Shown: positions 18,584 to 27,595, counted from the stretch's first letter. The stretch is DNA of 64,000 nucleotides from Patescibacteria group bacterium (GCA_016861205.1 BOKX01000001.1:328539-392538), one strand, 5' to 3'. Notes: generated from the sequence alone by a model not told the origin. Made by a program: numbers and translations.

Positions 18584-20359
18584 CTAATTCTTATCTGGTG
18601 GCATTTCAAGCATCAGAAATAATTTTTCGGCTAGTTGGTACCATAGGGGTGCGGCTGTCTCGGCTGCCCAGACAGAACTGGTGGGTTCAGTTAACTTGAC
18701 CAGCATAATGAACTTAGGGTTTTCTGGTGGGGCGAAACCAATAAAACTGGCCACAGTTTTGGTCTCATCGTACGTACCATCTATCGCAATTTGAGACGTG
18801 CCTGTTTTAGCCGCCACCCGATGTGTTTTAGCAGCCGTCCATTTTGCCTCGCCTGAGGCTGCGGCGACTTCCATCATTTGCGTGACGAGCTGAGCAGTCT
18901 CTGGTCTGATCGCCACTTGCTCGACGATTGGCTGAGCCACAAGTTCTTCACCAGTGACAGGATCCTCAACTTTTTCCACAATCATTGGTCGCATTACCAC
19001 CCCATGATTGGCAATAGCGTTGATAGCTTTAACCAACTGAAGGCTCGTCGTACTTATTCCTTGCCCAAATGAAATCGTAGCTAACTCGACAGGCCCCCAT
19101 TTGCTTGGGAATGGTGGTGACGAGTCCTCTTGCCAGTCAGCGTATGTCCGCTCACCAACTCCAAACTTACGTAAATAGTCTTTAAACAAATCAGCCCCGA
19201 GTAAGTCAGTCACAAAAATCATGGCTGTATTATCTGATTTGGCCAGTGCTTCAGTCATAGTGATATTCGGGTGGTACTCATTGTTCCAGGTTTTGATACT
19301 GTACTTGCCGATCTGACGGGGGCCATCGCAAACTGGGCAAGGTGTATCAGGCTTAATGACACCCGCATCGATACCAGCCGCCACCGTAAGAGTTTTAAAG
19401 GTAGAACCAGGTTCATAAGCGTCACTTACACTTGGTAACTTGTACACTTCACCAGGAAACTCGTTAAAGTACGTAGGATCATAATTAGGATACGTGGCCA
19501 AGGCCAAAATTTTACCCGTGGCAGGCTCCATAATAATGATTTCACCTGCTTTGGCCCCATAACGCTCAATACCGCGATATAACATCTGAACTGCCAATCG
19601 CTGAATGTCCCGGCGGATCGTCAGAACCACATTCCGACCTGCCGGACGATCGGTCACAGCACTTTGACCCCAAAGATGAAAACCTAAAGCATCCTTTTCC
19701 ACAATTCGTTTGCTCGAGCGAGACTGGAGTTCTTTGTCGAGTGCCCCTTCAATTCCAAAGTAGCCGGTCGGTTGATCAGCATCATTGCGCCCCACAAAAC
19801 CAGTAATGTGTGCTGCAAGCGACGCTTCAGGGTAAAAACGAACTTCGCCAGGTTCAAACCCCAAGCCAGCAATATCCAGCTGAGCCAGTTGGGCCCTAGT
19901 ATCAGCAGACAAACCTGGCATCAGTGACACCCACTTGCTGTCACTCTTGCCCAAACGAGCCAGGAGCTGGTTCTTGAGTGTTTCAGCAATCACTTGCCGG
20001 TCCGCCGATTCTGTAGCTTGCTGATACTCACGCCAGTTGGCCAGCAACACTGGCAAAACTTGTTCAGTGATTTCTTGTGGTGACTTTTCAAGCAACTGTG
20101 GTTGAGCAAATAAACGATATACGGTTTGGTTCCCAACCAACAAACTACCATCTGATGTGAAAATTTGTCCACGTGATCCTGAAATCGTTTGCGTGCGCTG
20201 GTACTGATCTTGCGCTTGAGCTTGGAGGGCTGTGCCCTTAATAATCTGCCAGTAAAATAACCGGGTAACAATCAAGCCTAGGCACACATAAACACTAATC
20301 CAAACGATCCGAAGTCGTCGCGTGTGAACGTGTGGTTCAAGTGAAGTGGTTTCTGACAT
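18584..20359 (-). CDS. ftsI: Class B penicillin-binding protein (transpeptidase) FtsI/PBP
   Basis: N-terminal TM; SxxK (EPGSTFK), SxN (KSDNTA), KTG (KTGTSQ). Confidence 0.9.
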   Translation of the reverse strand: MSETTSLEPHVHTRRLRIVWISVYVCLGLIVTRLFYWQIIKGTALQAQAQDQYQRTQTISGSRGQIFTSDGSLLVGNQTVYRLFAQPQLLEKSPQEITEQVLPVLLANWREYQQATESADRQVIAETLKNQLLARLGKSDSKWVSLMPGLSADTRAQLAQLDIAGLGFEPGEVRFYPEASLAAHITGFVGRNDADQPTGYFGIEGALDKELQSRSSKRIVEKDALGFHLWGQSAVTDRPAGRNVVLTIRRDIQRLAVQMLYRGIERYGAKAGEIIIMEPATGKILALATYPNYDPTYFNEFPGEVYKLPSVSDAYEPGSTFKTLTVAAGIDAGVIKPDTPCPVCDGPRQIGKYSIKTWNNEYHPNITMTEALAKSDNTAMIFVTDLLGADLFKDYLRKFGVGERTYADWQEDSSPPFPSKWGPVELATISFGQGISTTSLQLVKAINAIANHGVVMRPMIVEKVEDPVTGEELVAQPIVEQVAIRPETAQLVTQMMEVAAASGEAKWTAAKTHRVAAKTGTSQIAIDGTYDETKTVASFIGFAPPENPKFIMLVKLTEPTSSVWAAETAAPLWYQLAEKLFLMLEMPPDKN

Positions 20360-20646
20360 TACCGAACAGCAACAGTGGTGTTCAGTTTGACTATAAGAGG
20401 TTTCGTAATTGATTCATAGCCTGAGTCTTGAGCAGGTACCACAGCGGCCAACGCTGTTTTCTCTGCCAATTCAAGGCCAAGTTCTTGACGCTTAGCAGCT
20501 AGAACTCGATAATCGTGCTCCAGCTTGCTCAGCTTTTGAGCTTGAAACAAAAATAAACTCCCTTGATAGAGTGTGAAGGCCACCGCAGTGACCACCACCA
20601 CTCCTAAGCAGGAGTAAAAAGTGACGATGTTAAAACGTTGTTTCAT
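20359..20646 (-). CDS. ftsL: FtsL-like small bitopic cell-division protein
   Basis: 95 aa, one TM followed by a short coiled-coil (KLSKLEHDYRVLAAKRQELGLELAEK). Canonical position between rsmH and ftsI; start overlaps the ftsI stop. Confidence 0.6.
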   Translation of the reverse strand: MKQRFNIVTFYSCLGVVVVTAVAFTLYQGSLFLFQAQKLSKLEHDYRVLAAKRQELGLELAEKTALAAVVPAQDSGYESITKPLIVKLNTTVAVR

Positions 20647-21542
20647 ACTTCAAAAATGCGCAGCTTGGCGCTTCTAGATCGAGAGTTAACAGCTAGTTCT
20701 CGATCACCGGCCGTGACCGGATGCTTGGTTATGACTTTGCCTTTACCTTGACGTTCCCAGGTGTTAAACATTTGTTTAACCACTCGGTCTTCACCCTCAT
20801 GGAAAGCGATCGTGACAACTCGGGCAGGTGTTGTCAGAATCTCGAGGGCTTGTGGTAAAGCGCTGCGAATTGCGGTTAACTCATCATTCACGGCAATTCG
20901 CAAAGCTTGGAAAACTTTCGTGGCTGGGTGCAAGTGACCTCGTGGCTCTCGCTTCGTAGCCATAATGACTGCGACCAAGCCACTTACAGAATCGAGCTGA
21001 GTCATGTCGCCAGTCTGGCGAATCTCAACAATAGCGCGAGCAATTTTACGAGCCTCTCGTTCGCCACCATACTCAAAGAAAACTTGACTCAACTGTTTCT
21101 CACTCAGCAACTTGAGCAAGTCTTTGGCTTTTACTCCCAGTCGATCATCCATCCGCATGTCTAAGTCCCCGTCGCCAGCGAAGCTAAATCCGCGTTCCGC
21201 TGACATGAGTTGTTCGGTGCTGGTCCCAAAGTCAAATAAAGCACCTCTGATGTCACCAACTTGGCCAGAATCACGCAGAGTAGATACCACTTTGGCCAGG
21301 CGTTCAAAGTTTTCTCGAACGAGAATCAGTCGATTTTGGGCCAGCTCTGCGGCAAACGTGGTTTGACCATACTCAATCGCACCTTGATCGACATCGAGAG
21401 CAATAACTTTCGCCTGACGTGCCAAGATAGCTTGCGTATGTCCCCCGCGGCCAAATGTGCCATCGAGATACCACTCGCCAGCTTGCGGTTGTAAACCCGA
21501 GATGGCTTCATCAAGTAGGACTGGTATATGTTTACTCGTCAT
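20643..21542 (-). CDS. rsmH: 16S rRNA (cytosine1402-N4)-methyltransferase RsmH/MraW
   Basis: HIPVLLDEAISGL...YLDGTFGRGGHTQAIL N-terminus is diagnostic of RsmH. Confidence 0.9.
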   Translation of the reverse strand: MTSKHIPVLLDEAISGLQPQAGEWYLDGTFGRGGHTQAILARQAKVIALDVDQGAIEYGQTTFAAELAQNRLILVRENFERLAKVVSTLRDSGQVGDIRGALFDFGTSTEQLMSAERGFSFAGDGDLDMRMDDRLGVKAKDLLKLLSEKQLSQVFFEYGGEREARKIARAIVEIRQTGDMTQLDSVSGLVAVIMATKREPRGHLHPATKVFQALRIAVNDELTAIRSALPQALEILTTPARVVTIAFHEGEDRVVKQMFNTWERQGKGKVITKHPVTAGDRELAVNSRSRSAKLRIFEV

Positions 21543-21966
21543 AGGTTGGTGCCACTAATCGTTCTGCAATGGCTTCGGCTTGATCTTCAAGAGTGTCTCG
21601 ATACTGGTGATACTTGGTGACATCCCAAATTTCGATCCAGCGATAACTACCTAAAATCACGATGTCTTTACTCAAACCGGCAAAATCGATCAAGTACTCA
21701 GGCAGTTGCACTCGACCATTGTTGTCCACCGAAATTTGGCTGGCCTCATTCGTCATTAAACGAATGAAGTCTCGATTCATTTTTTTTGTCAAAGAGCGCT
21801 CTTCGAGCTCCTGCAAGTGCTGACCAAACTGACTCTCTCGAAACACAAACAATCCGCCGTCTAATCCTCTGGTCACAATCCAGTTGGTCTCTTGCTCTCG
21901 AAACTTTTTGGGGAGTGAAACTCTGCCTTTGGCTTCGAGATGGTGATAGAAAGTGCCGATAAACAT
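21532..21966 (-). CDS. mraZ: Transcriptional regulator MraZ. I moved the start to the MFIGTF... ATG at 21966; the ORF-track 10-codon extension overlaps the operator repeats.
   Basis: MFIGTFYHHLEAKGRVSLPKKFRE matches the MraZ N-terminus (MFxG....D.KGR...P); two DUF-MraZ repeats fit in ~145 aa. Confidence 0.85.
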   Translation of the reverse strand: MFIGTFYHHLEAKGRVSLPKKFREQETNWIVTRGLDGGLFVFRESQFGQHLQELEERSLTKKMNRDFIRLMTNEASQISVDNNGRVQLPEYLIDFAGLSKDIVILGSYRWIEIWDVTKYHQYRDTLEDQAEAIAERLVAPTYDE

Positions 21967-21977
21967 TTTATAAGATA

Positions 21978-22008
21978 ATTTACCACTTTTTACCACTCAA
22001 TTACATAC
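21978..22008 (-). promoter_or_regulatory. Candidate MraZ operator: 10-bp-phased direct repeats GTGGTAAA
   Basis: Minus strand: TGAGTGGTAAAAAGTGGTAAATT. Two perfect GTGGTAAA repeats lie exactly 10 bp apart, with a degenerate third (TATGTAAT) one more helical turn upstream. All are within 12-40 nt of the mraZ ATG. Confidence 0.5.
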
Positions 22009-22089
22009 TAATTAATCATGTTTGAGACCTCAAGTAAATACCCAGTTTTACCGAAACCATGCCTCCCGACCCTACCGGCAAACCAAAAA

Positions 22090-22116
22090 CTTATAATGTC
22101 TATGTGAATAGGTCAA
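22090..22116 (-). promoter_or_regulatory. Putative sigma70-like promoter of the mraZ/dcw operon
   Basis: Minus strand TTGACC (-35), 15-nt spacer, TATAAG (-10), immediately downstream of the terminator T-run. The spacer is suboptimal. Confidence 0.3.
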
Positions 22117-22145
22117 AAAAAGCCCCCCGCCAACGGCGAGGGGCT
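22112..22145 (-). terminator. Rho-independent terminator ending the upstream co-directional gene array and insulating the dcw promoter
   Basis: Minus-strand RNA GCCCCUCGCC-GUU-GGCGGGGGGC forms a 10-bp GC-rich stem (one G.U pair), followed by UUUUUUU. Confidence 0.75.
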
Positions 22146-22168
22146 AACTATGAGTTAAAACTGAGTGC

Positions 22169-22975
22169 TTACTTTTTGACTACCACATATAACTCAAGCA
22201 GAGGCACTTCGGCAGTCACAGACTTGCCATCCACGGTCCCTGTAAACTCTTGCCATTTACTGCCATCCCAGCCCATGATGGCCAGTGAGCCTTCTTCGTT
22301 GGCTCGCATGGTCAAGGTACCCTTACCACTCAGAGTTGATGACGCGGCTAAGGAATATGGATCAGATACTGGTGTTCCCTTCAAACCTGTTGGATAACCT
22401 GGGGTGTTGTACACCACAACGTATCTTTGAGACGCTAGACTGTCGGCAGTTAACTGAAACTTGGCATCTTTTGAGCCCATGGCTGTTTCTTTAGCCTGGT
22501 TGTCAATATAGCGCCAATCAGATTTGACTGCGTAATTTTCTTGACCAGCAAACTTGAGGAGCAAGCTGCCACCTTTCACGTCAGTGTGATATGTACAGGC
22601 ACCACCAGCGCTGCAGCTCCCCAACAGGACTTGCTTTTGGGCCGGAACTGCATCCAGCTTGATAGAGTCAAACGCACCTTGAAGCAAAGAACCCGCTTGG
22701 TACTCCAGCTCGTACTCTACCTCAGTAGCCGGCTTGTTCAAGCTTTTGACTACTAAGACCAAGTTACGACCGTCTGCCAACGGGGCAATCTGCACATACG
22801 GGCGATCCGTGACCGGGATGACGTTGACCGGTTCTGAGACTTTGCGTTTCTTTTGCTCAGTTGGTGCGTTTTCGGCTGGTTTTTTGCCCCACATCTTCCA
22901 GGCAACCAAACCACCACCGAGCACCAGCACAGCCAAAACTACACCGGCAATTATGATCTGCGTTTTTCTTGACAT
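22169..22975 (-). CDS. Hypothetical membrane-anchored extracytoplasmic protein
   Basis: 268 aa. N-terminal signal-anchor (IIIAGVVLAVLVLGGGLVAW), then a Lys/Pro-rich linker and a beta-rich C-terminal domain. No recognisable family. Confidence 0.45.
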   Translation of the reverse strand: MSRKTQIIIAGVVLAVLVLGGGLVAWKMWGKKPAENAPTEQKKRKVSEPVNVIPVTDRPYVQIAPLADGRNLVLVVKSLNKPATEVEYELEYQAGSLLQGAFDSIKLDAVPAQKQVLLGSCSAGGACTYHTDVKGGSLLLKFAGQENYAVKSDWRYIDNQAKETAMGSKDAKFQLTADSLASQRYVVVYNTPGYPTGLKGTPVSDPYSLAASSTLSGKGTLTMRANEEGSLAIMGWDGSKWQEFTGTVDGKSVTAEVPLLELYVVVKK

Positions 22976-22996
22976 GAAGCTCCTTTAGTTGTTCAA

Positions 22997-24403
22997 CTAC
23001 TCTATCATAGTCGTCAGTCGTGACTCAAGCTCAGCGATTGGCACCCGAACTTGCTCGCCAGTATCACGATCTCGCCAAGTGACGGTCTGATCTTCGAGCG
23101 TCTGGAAGTCGATAGTCAGACAAACTGGTGTCCCAATCTCATCTTGCGACAAGTACCGTTTACCAATGTTTCCACGATCATCCCAAACAATTGCAAATTT
23201 TTTGGCTAGTTTGGCATACACTTCGTCAGCCGCCGCCACCAGTTCAGGTTTATTCTTGAGGAGCGGAAAAACAGCTGCCTTGTACGGAGCCAACCTGGGG
23301 CTGAGTCGGAGCACCAACCTGCCTCGCTCGCTGTCTTGCCAGAGAGCGTCACTGAGCACCATCAAGAAAAGTCGATTTACCCCAACAGCCGGCTCGATCA
23401 CGTGCGGAATAAACTTCTCACCCGTGTGTGGGTCGGTGTACTCCAAACTTTGGCCTGAATGTTCTTGGTGTTGTTTCAAGTCATAGTCTGTCCGATATGC
23501 AACCCCCCACAGCTCCTTCCAACCGAATGCGAATTGGTAATCCAAGTCATAGGTGTCCTGACTGTAGTGGCTGCGCTCCTTGTCCGTATGTTGGCGCCAT
23601 CGCAAGTTTGACTCCTTGATACCCAATGTGTGCGTTACAAACTGCCACATGGCCTGTTTCCAGTCTTCCAACGTCTGTTGCCAGTTGGTCTGCGCCGGGT
23701 TGAAGAAGTACTCAATTTCAGCTTGTTCGAACTCGAGGGTACGGAACACAAATTGACCGGTGGTGATTTCATTTCGGAAACTTTTACCAATGTTCCCTAC
23801 TCCGAATGGCAGTTGCACTCGAGTGGAGTCAAGGATGTTTTTGAAGTTAGTAAAGATACCCTGGGCAGTCTCACCTCGCAAATAGACCACACTTTTTTCG
23901 CCGGCGACCGTTCCGATAGATGTCTCAAACAACAAGTTGAACGCTTTTGGTTCGGTAACCGGGTTCCCATCTGGACTCAAGACCTGGTGCTCGGCGATAA
24001 AGGTGGCCATGTCTGGCAACTGCATGTTTTCTACAGCCACCGGTTCGCTCAGCTTGTCAGAGTGTTTTTCCAACCATGCCTCGATCAAGTGGTCAGCCCG
24101 GTATCGTTTGTGGGTTACCACATCTTCTACCAGTGGATCACTAAACGAGCCGACGTGACCAGACGCTACCCAAGTTTCGGGATGCTGCAAAATTTGGGTA
24201 TCAAGACCGATCATATCTCGCCGGGTGGTAATAAACTCGTGCCACCACAAGTTGCGGAGGTTGCGCAGCAGCTCCGTTCCCAAAGGCCCGTAATCATAGG
24301 AATTGGCTAAACCACCATAGATAACAGAAGTGGGATACACAAAACCACGTCGCTTAGCTAAAGACACTACGTCATCTAATGTGAACCGAGTTTGATCAGA
24401 CAT
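22997..24403 (-). CDS. glyQS: Glycyl-tRNA synthetase, homodimeric alpha2 type. Start set at MSDQTRF (24403); the ORF track extends 18 codons further upstream.
   Basis: FVYPTSVIYGGLANSYDYGPLGTELLRNL is the conserved class II GlyRS (alpha2) N-terminal motif; ~468 aa. The T-box leader ends right at this ATG. Confidence 0.85.
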   Translation of the reverse strand: MSDQTRFTLDDVVSLAKRRGFVYPTSVIYGGLANSYDYGPLGTELLRNLRNLWWHEFITTRRDMIGLDTQILQHPETWVASGHVGSFSDPLVEDVVTHKRYRADHLIEAWLEKHSDKLSEPVAVENMQLPDMATFIAEHQVLSPDGNPVTEPKAFNLLFETSIGTVAGEKSVVYLRGETAQGIFTNFKNILDSTRVQLPFGVGNIGKSFRNEITTGQFVFRTLEFEQAEIEYFFNPAQTNWQQTLEDWKQAMWQFVTHTLGIKESNLRWRQHTDKERSHYSQDTYDLDYQFAFGWKELWGVAYRTDYDLKQHQEHSGQSLEYTDPHTGEKFIPHVIEPAVGVNRLFLMVLSDALWQDSERGRLVLRLSPRLAPYKAAVFPLLKNKPELVAAADEVYAKLAKKFAIVWDDRGNIGKRYLSQDEIGTPVCLTIDFQTLEDQTVTWRDRDTGEQVRVPIAELESRLTTMIE

Positions 24404-24597
24404 GCTGACCTTTCCGCTGTTTGGAGAAACAAAAACCGTCTCTCCACAGCACTTCAAGTATGAACTACTGTAGAGGGACGGTTCAAGACGAATCGCGGTT
24501 CCACCCTCTTTAGTGCATCATGTTTATCCAGTTAACGCACTCACTTTTGGGTTGATCTGTGACTCAGTGGCTGCCAACCACTTCATCATCAACAGAC
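24404..24597 (-). promoter_or_regulatory. Glycine-specific T-box riboswitch leader of glyQS
   Basis: Minus strand contains AAAGAGGGUGGAACCGCG, a 14/18 match to the T-box consensus AAUUAGGGUGGNACCGCG. The UGGA bulge matches the tRNA-Gly discriminator U73. An upstream stem I has GGC followed by A in the loop (GUGG-UUGGCAGC-CACU). The leader ends in a 14-bp terminator followed by UUUUUGUUU. Upstream promoter TTGTGT-17-TATACT (-10 at 24605..24610). Confidence 0.8.
24425..24481 (-). terminator. T-box expression-platform terminator (attenuator) of glyQS
   Basis: Minus-strand arms CCGUCCCUCUACAG / CUGUGGAGAGACGG: 13 of 14 pairs including one G.U, followed by a U-run, 20 nt before the glyQS ATG. Confidence 0.7.
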
Positions 24598-24653
24598 TGG
24601 CGACAGTATAATCTATGCGTCACCTAAACACAAGTCAGCTACCACCATTTGAG

Positions 24654-25199
24654 TTATCTTTTAACGTGCAAGTAACTCCAACTTTTGAGTGGTTTATCAG
24701 CCAAAGCTGATACATACTCATTTAAGTTTTGATACTTGGTTTCAGACGGATGTTGGTAACCTAACTCAACCAGCAACTGTTCTAACTGAGCAGTTACACT
24801 TGCGGGCGTTGGCTGAGGTGAGACGATTTGACGCCGAATCTTGATGATGGTTTGGTATAACGTGTCATCGAGCTCTTCTTCCACGAACAACAGCTCGATC
24901 ATCTCAAGAACTTGACTCAGCTGGCGAAGTTTGGCCAAACTGCCACGAATGGGCGAACAATCAGACACCAACGTGGCCTGGGTTAACAAAGGCATGGATC
25001 GCGTCGAAATGAGTTGGCACTTAATGACGTTTCCCGGCTCTAAACTGGCGGCTCGACTGGAAGTTAACTTACGAACACCTTTAGCCAAACAGGCCACTTT
25101 ACCTTGGTCACGAACCAATAGGGTGACAACTCGGTCAGCTTCGCCGATATTATGTCGTTTCAAAACGAGGGCTTCTGTGGAATGGGCCCGACTTGGCAT
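24654..25199 (-). CDS. recO: DNA repair protein RecO (short form)
   Basis: The N-terminal OB-fold region STEALVLKRHNIGEADRVVTLLVRDQGKVACLAKGVRKL matches the RecO consensus (EAIVLR..DYGE.DRIv.llT...Gkl...AKGaRr). Only 181 aa. Confidence 0.6.
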   Translation of the reverse strand: MPSRAHSTEALVLKRHNIGEADRVVTLLVRDQGKVACLAKGVRKLTSSRAASLEPGNVIKCQLISTRSMPLLTQATLVSDCSPIRGSLAKLRQLSQVLEMIELLFVEEELDDTLYQTIIKIRRQIVSPQPTPASVTAQLEQLLVELGYQHPSETKYQNLNEYVSALADKPLKSWSYLHVKR

Positions 25200-27227
25200 C
25201 TAGAACGCAATTTCTACCTGCTTGTCCTTATCCATCGTCACTACTTCTTCGCCACCATTGACGTCCAAGGTGTGTTGAATCGGTCCGATGCCACCCTGTT
25301 TCCATAGCTTAAGGCGGTAAGTAGTTGCATCGCTGTAAGGTACTGAGTAGGTGATTTTAAGCTTTGCTTGACTCATTGGTTCTAGAATAAAGTAACCGTC
25401 AACTACTTGGAAACCGTTTTCCTCGTACTCCTTGGGCTGTTGAGTGAAACCTTGGGCTTCAATCAGTTGAGAACCCTTGGGCAAGTACAAACGATGCCAG
25501 TCTCGTAGTGTGGAGTTCAAACACAGCAAACCTGCCTCTAGGTTACAGTTATCACCGCGACGGCTGTTTTTATAGGTAATCTCAACCGTCTTAGTAAGCC
25601 GACCATTCTCGGGTGTGGACACCACCTGTTTGACCTCATAATCAGTGAACAAGTTAGATTTTGCACCACCCAAATTAGCATCAACTATTGCTAAGAAATC
25701 TTGACCTTCCGTGGGCGGCACCATTTCTCCAGTAGCGTTGATCTTGGTCAAGGCTGCCTGGGCATCAGTATCAAACAAGTAGAACTGGGCATGACGATCC
25801 GCAATCGATGCGAGCCCTGTCTCAAACAACTGTGGCCACTGCTGTTTTGGCGCAGTATAGGCTTTGGTCAAAATTGCCCGCATCAAAGGTCCGATGATCC
25901 CTTTTCGATCTTCCCGAATGTACGGCGTCGGCCGAGTAATAATTTCTGAGAGGGCCAAAATAATTTGTGGACAATCACACTTAGGATCATTTTCGGCCGA
26001 GAATGTACCGTAACCCTCAACTTGCACCGGGCCAAGTACCTTCAACAAATCAGTCAAAACATGGGTATCAACGGCGATGATGCCATCAATATCTTGCGGC
26101 TCACCTTTAACCAATTTGTAGTTGGCATAAAACTGATCCATCGAGACTTTGAAATCAGGCGAGATGTTCATGTCTCGTAGGTTCCAGTACTTCTCGGTGG
26201 TTAGGTAACGGCCGAGCGCCTCGGGAATAGCAATTTGCTTGTTGAACTTCTTATCAAGCTCGTAGATATCGTCAGATTTCTCTGGTGCCACCTTACCGTC
26301 CTCGATGTAAATAATCGAGTATGCAGTCAAGAATCCGCCGGTTGGTCGAAGCTCATTGTCGTTTTGAAACAGGATGAGGTATTTTTTGCGCTCACCTCTG
26401 CCACCCGCAATGGAAGGCAGCTGTTCGATAACAGGTCTGAACTCTGTCAGAGCCGTCACCGCTCCGGTGCTGAGCTCTTGCGCCTTCACTAAACTCGGTC
26501 TAACTGTGTAACCTTGAAAAGTCTCTGGATAGCGACCCGGCTCAATTGCCGCCAGCTCTGTCTCGACAACCTTCAGCTCACCAGTAATATCATCCATAGC
26601 TGGTGCCACCTTATCGAGCGTCTGCAACAGGAGCTTCAGCCGATCTTCTGCTGTTCCTCCAGCAAATGTTCCCTCACCGGTAAAACCAAGGACGTCTGCA
26701 TATGGAGTTACAGCTTGAATTGATTTCAAACCAGCCCGCAAACCGGCGTCGGCTGCGTTCAGACCATGCTCGCCATCAAGATAGTAGCTGCGAGCAACTG
26801 GGATCGCCTTGTAAAAAGATAGGCGGTTGTACGTACCGCGCATAGCTGTCACTTGGTCTTGGAGTTTCTTGAGCTCGGCCTCAGAACCAGGCAAGTTCTG
26901 GGCTTTGAACGTGTCATATGCTACTTGAGCCTGGACCTTAGCTTCGAGAGCCTGAGACTTAAGTTCGAAAACCACCTGGTACGTATAGAAAGCCATAACG
27001 CCACCAAGTGAGGCAAACAACACCAGTACCACGAGTACCCCGGCGAGCACTTTCTGCCACGGTTTACTTAAAAATCCGCGACGTGATGGGGCCAAAGGGG
27101 CTTCAGAACTCGCAGTTGCGGTGGCTGCGGCTGCAGACTGGTCTGAGTAGAGTGATTCAGTTACTTGATCAATCACTTGATCGTTCAATTGAGGGTCAGT
27201 ATTGGGGGCAGATGGCACAACAGACAT
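25200..27227 (-). CDS. DUF4012-like membrane-anchored extracytoplasmic protein
   Basis: 675 aa. N-terminal TM after a Ser/Ala-rich cytoplasmic stretch, a long coiled-coil segment, and a motif YLILFQNDNELRPTGGF resembling the DUF4012 signature (N.E.R.TGG). Adjacent to recO with no gap. Confidence 0.5.
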   Translation of the reverse strand: MSVVPSAPNTDPQLNDQVIDQVTESLYSDQSAAAATATASSEAPLAPSRRGFLSKPWQKVLAGVLVVLVLFASLGGVMAFYTYQVVFELKSQALEAKVQAQVAYDTFKAQNLPGSEAELKKLQDQVTAMRGTYNRLSFYKAIPVARSYYLDGEHGLNAADAGLRAGLKSIQAVTPYADVLGFTGEGTFAGGTAEDRLKLLLQTLDKVAPAMDDITGELKVVETELAAIEPGRYPETFQGYTVRPSLVKAQELSTGAVTALTEFRPVIEQLPSIAGGRGERKKYLILFQNDNELRPTGGFLTAYSIIYIEDGKVAPEKSDDIYELDKKFNKQIAIPEALGRYLTTEKYWNLRDMNISPDFKVSMDQFYANYKLVKGEPQDIDGIIAVDTHVLTDLLKVLGPVQVEGYGTFSAENDPKCDCPQIILALSEIITRPTPYIREDRKGIIGPLMRAILTKAYTAPKQQWPQLFETGLASIADRHAQFYLFDTDAQAALTKINATGEMVPPTEGQDFLAIVDANLGGAKSNLFTDYEVKQVVSTPENGRLTKTVEITYKNSRRGDNCNLEAGLLCLNSTLRDWHRLYLPKGSQLIEAQGFTQQPKEYEENGFQVVDGYFILEPMSQAKLKITYSVPYSDATTYRLKLWKQGGIGPIQHTLDVNGGEEVVTMDKDKQVEIAF

Positions 27228-27271
27228 GAAGAGAAGTATACCTATGTCTCGGGCTAAAATGCAAGCTTTGA

Positions 27272-27595
27272 TCAGGATTTTAAGCGACGCCCAGACTGAG
27301 CGTGCTGCTTGAGTTGGGCTTCAGCTATCAAACTTAGACCTTCAGTAGCCAAACCGGTTGCTACCGCTGCTACTAACGTGACTAACGTCATCGGGATTTC
27401 TTGAATAGGTACTTTAAAAAACTCACTGGCTACTACGCCTTGACCACCAGCCAAAAACAAAGCCATAATTTCAGCGCTCATGAGCAGTCTTGAGTTTGCC
27501 ACATTCCGTTTAAAGCGCTCACCTTTGGCTTCCCATTCGGCACGTTGAGATTGCCGGCGACGGTTGTATATGTCAGGTCGAGTTACCATACACAA
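27272..27595 (-). CDS. Hypothetical small membrane protein (2 TM); true start may be internal
   Basis: Basic N-terminus, then LLMSAEIMALFLAGGQGVVASEFF and MTLVTLVAAVATGLATEGL helices. Immediately upstream of the initiating phosphoglycosyltransferase. Confidence 0.3.
   Translation of the reverse strand: MCMVTRPDIYNRRRQSQRAEWEAKGERFKRNVANSRLLMSAEIMALFLAGGQGVVASEFFKVPIQEIPMTLVTLVAAVATGLATEGLSLIAEAQLKQHAQSGRRLKS

Noticed and set aside
21967-21996. Ten-codon N-terminal extension of MraZ (MVKSGKLSYK) in the ORF track
   Set aside because: The extension is encoded by the GTGGTAAA operator repeats themselves, and MraZ proteins start at the MFxG motif. I moved the start to 21966.
23630-24310. 226-aa plus-strand ORF antisense to glyQS, and similar long antisense ORFs elsewhere (36254..36700, 30893..31234, 44683..45024)
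   Set aside because: They overlap well-supported genes on the opposite strand and have no recognisable motifs; shadow ORFs.
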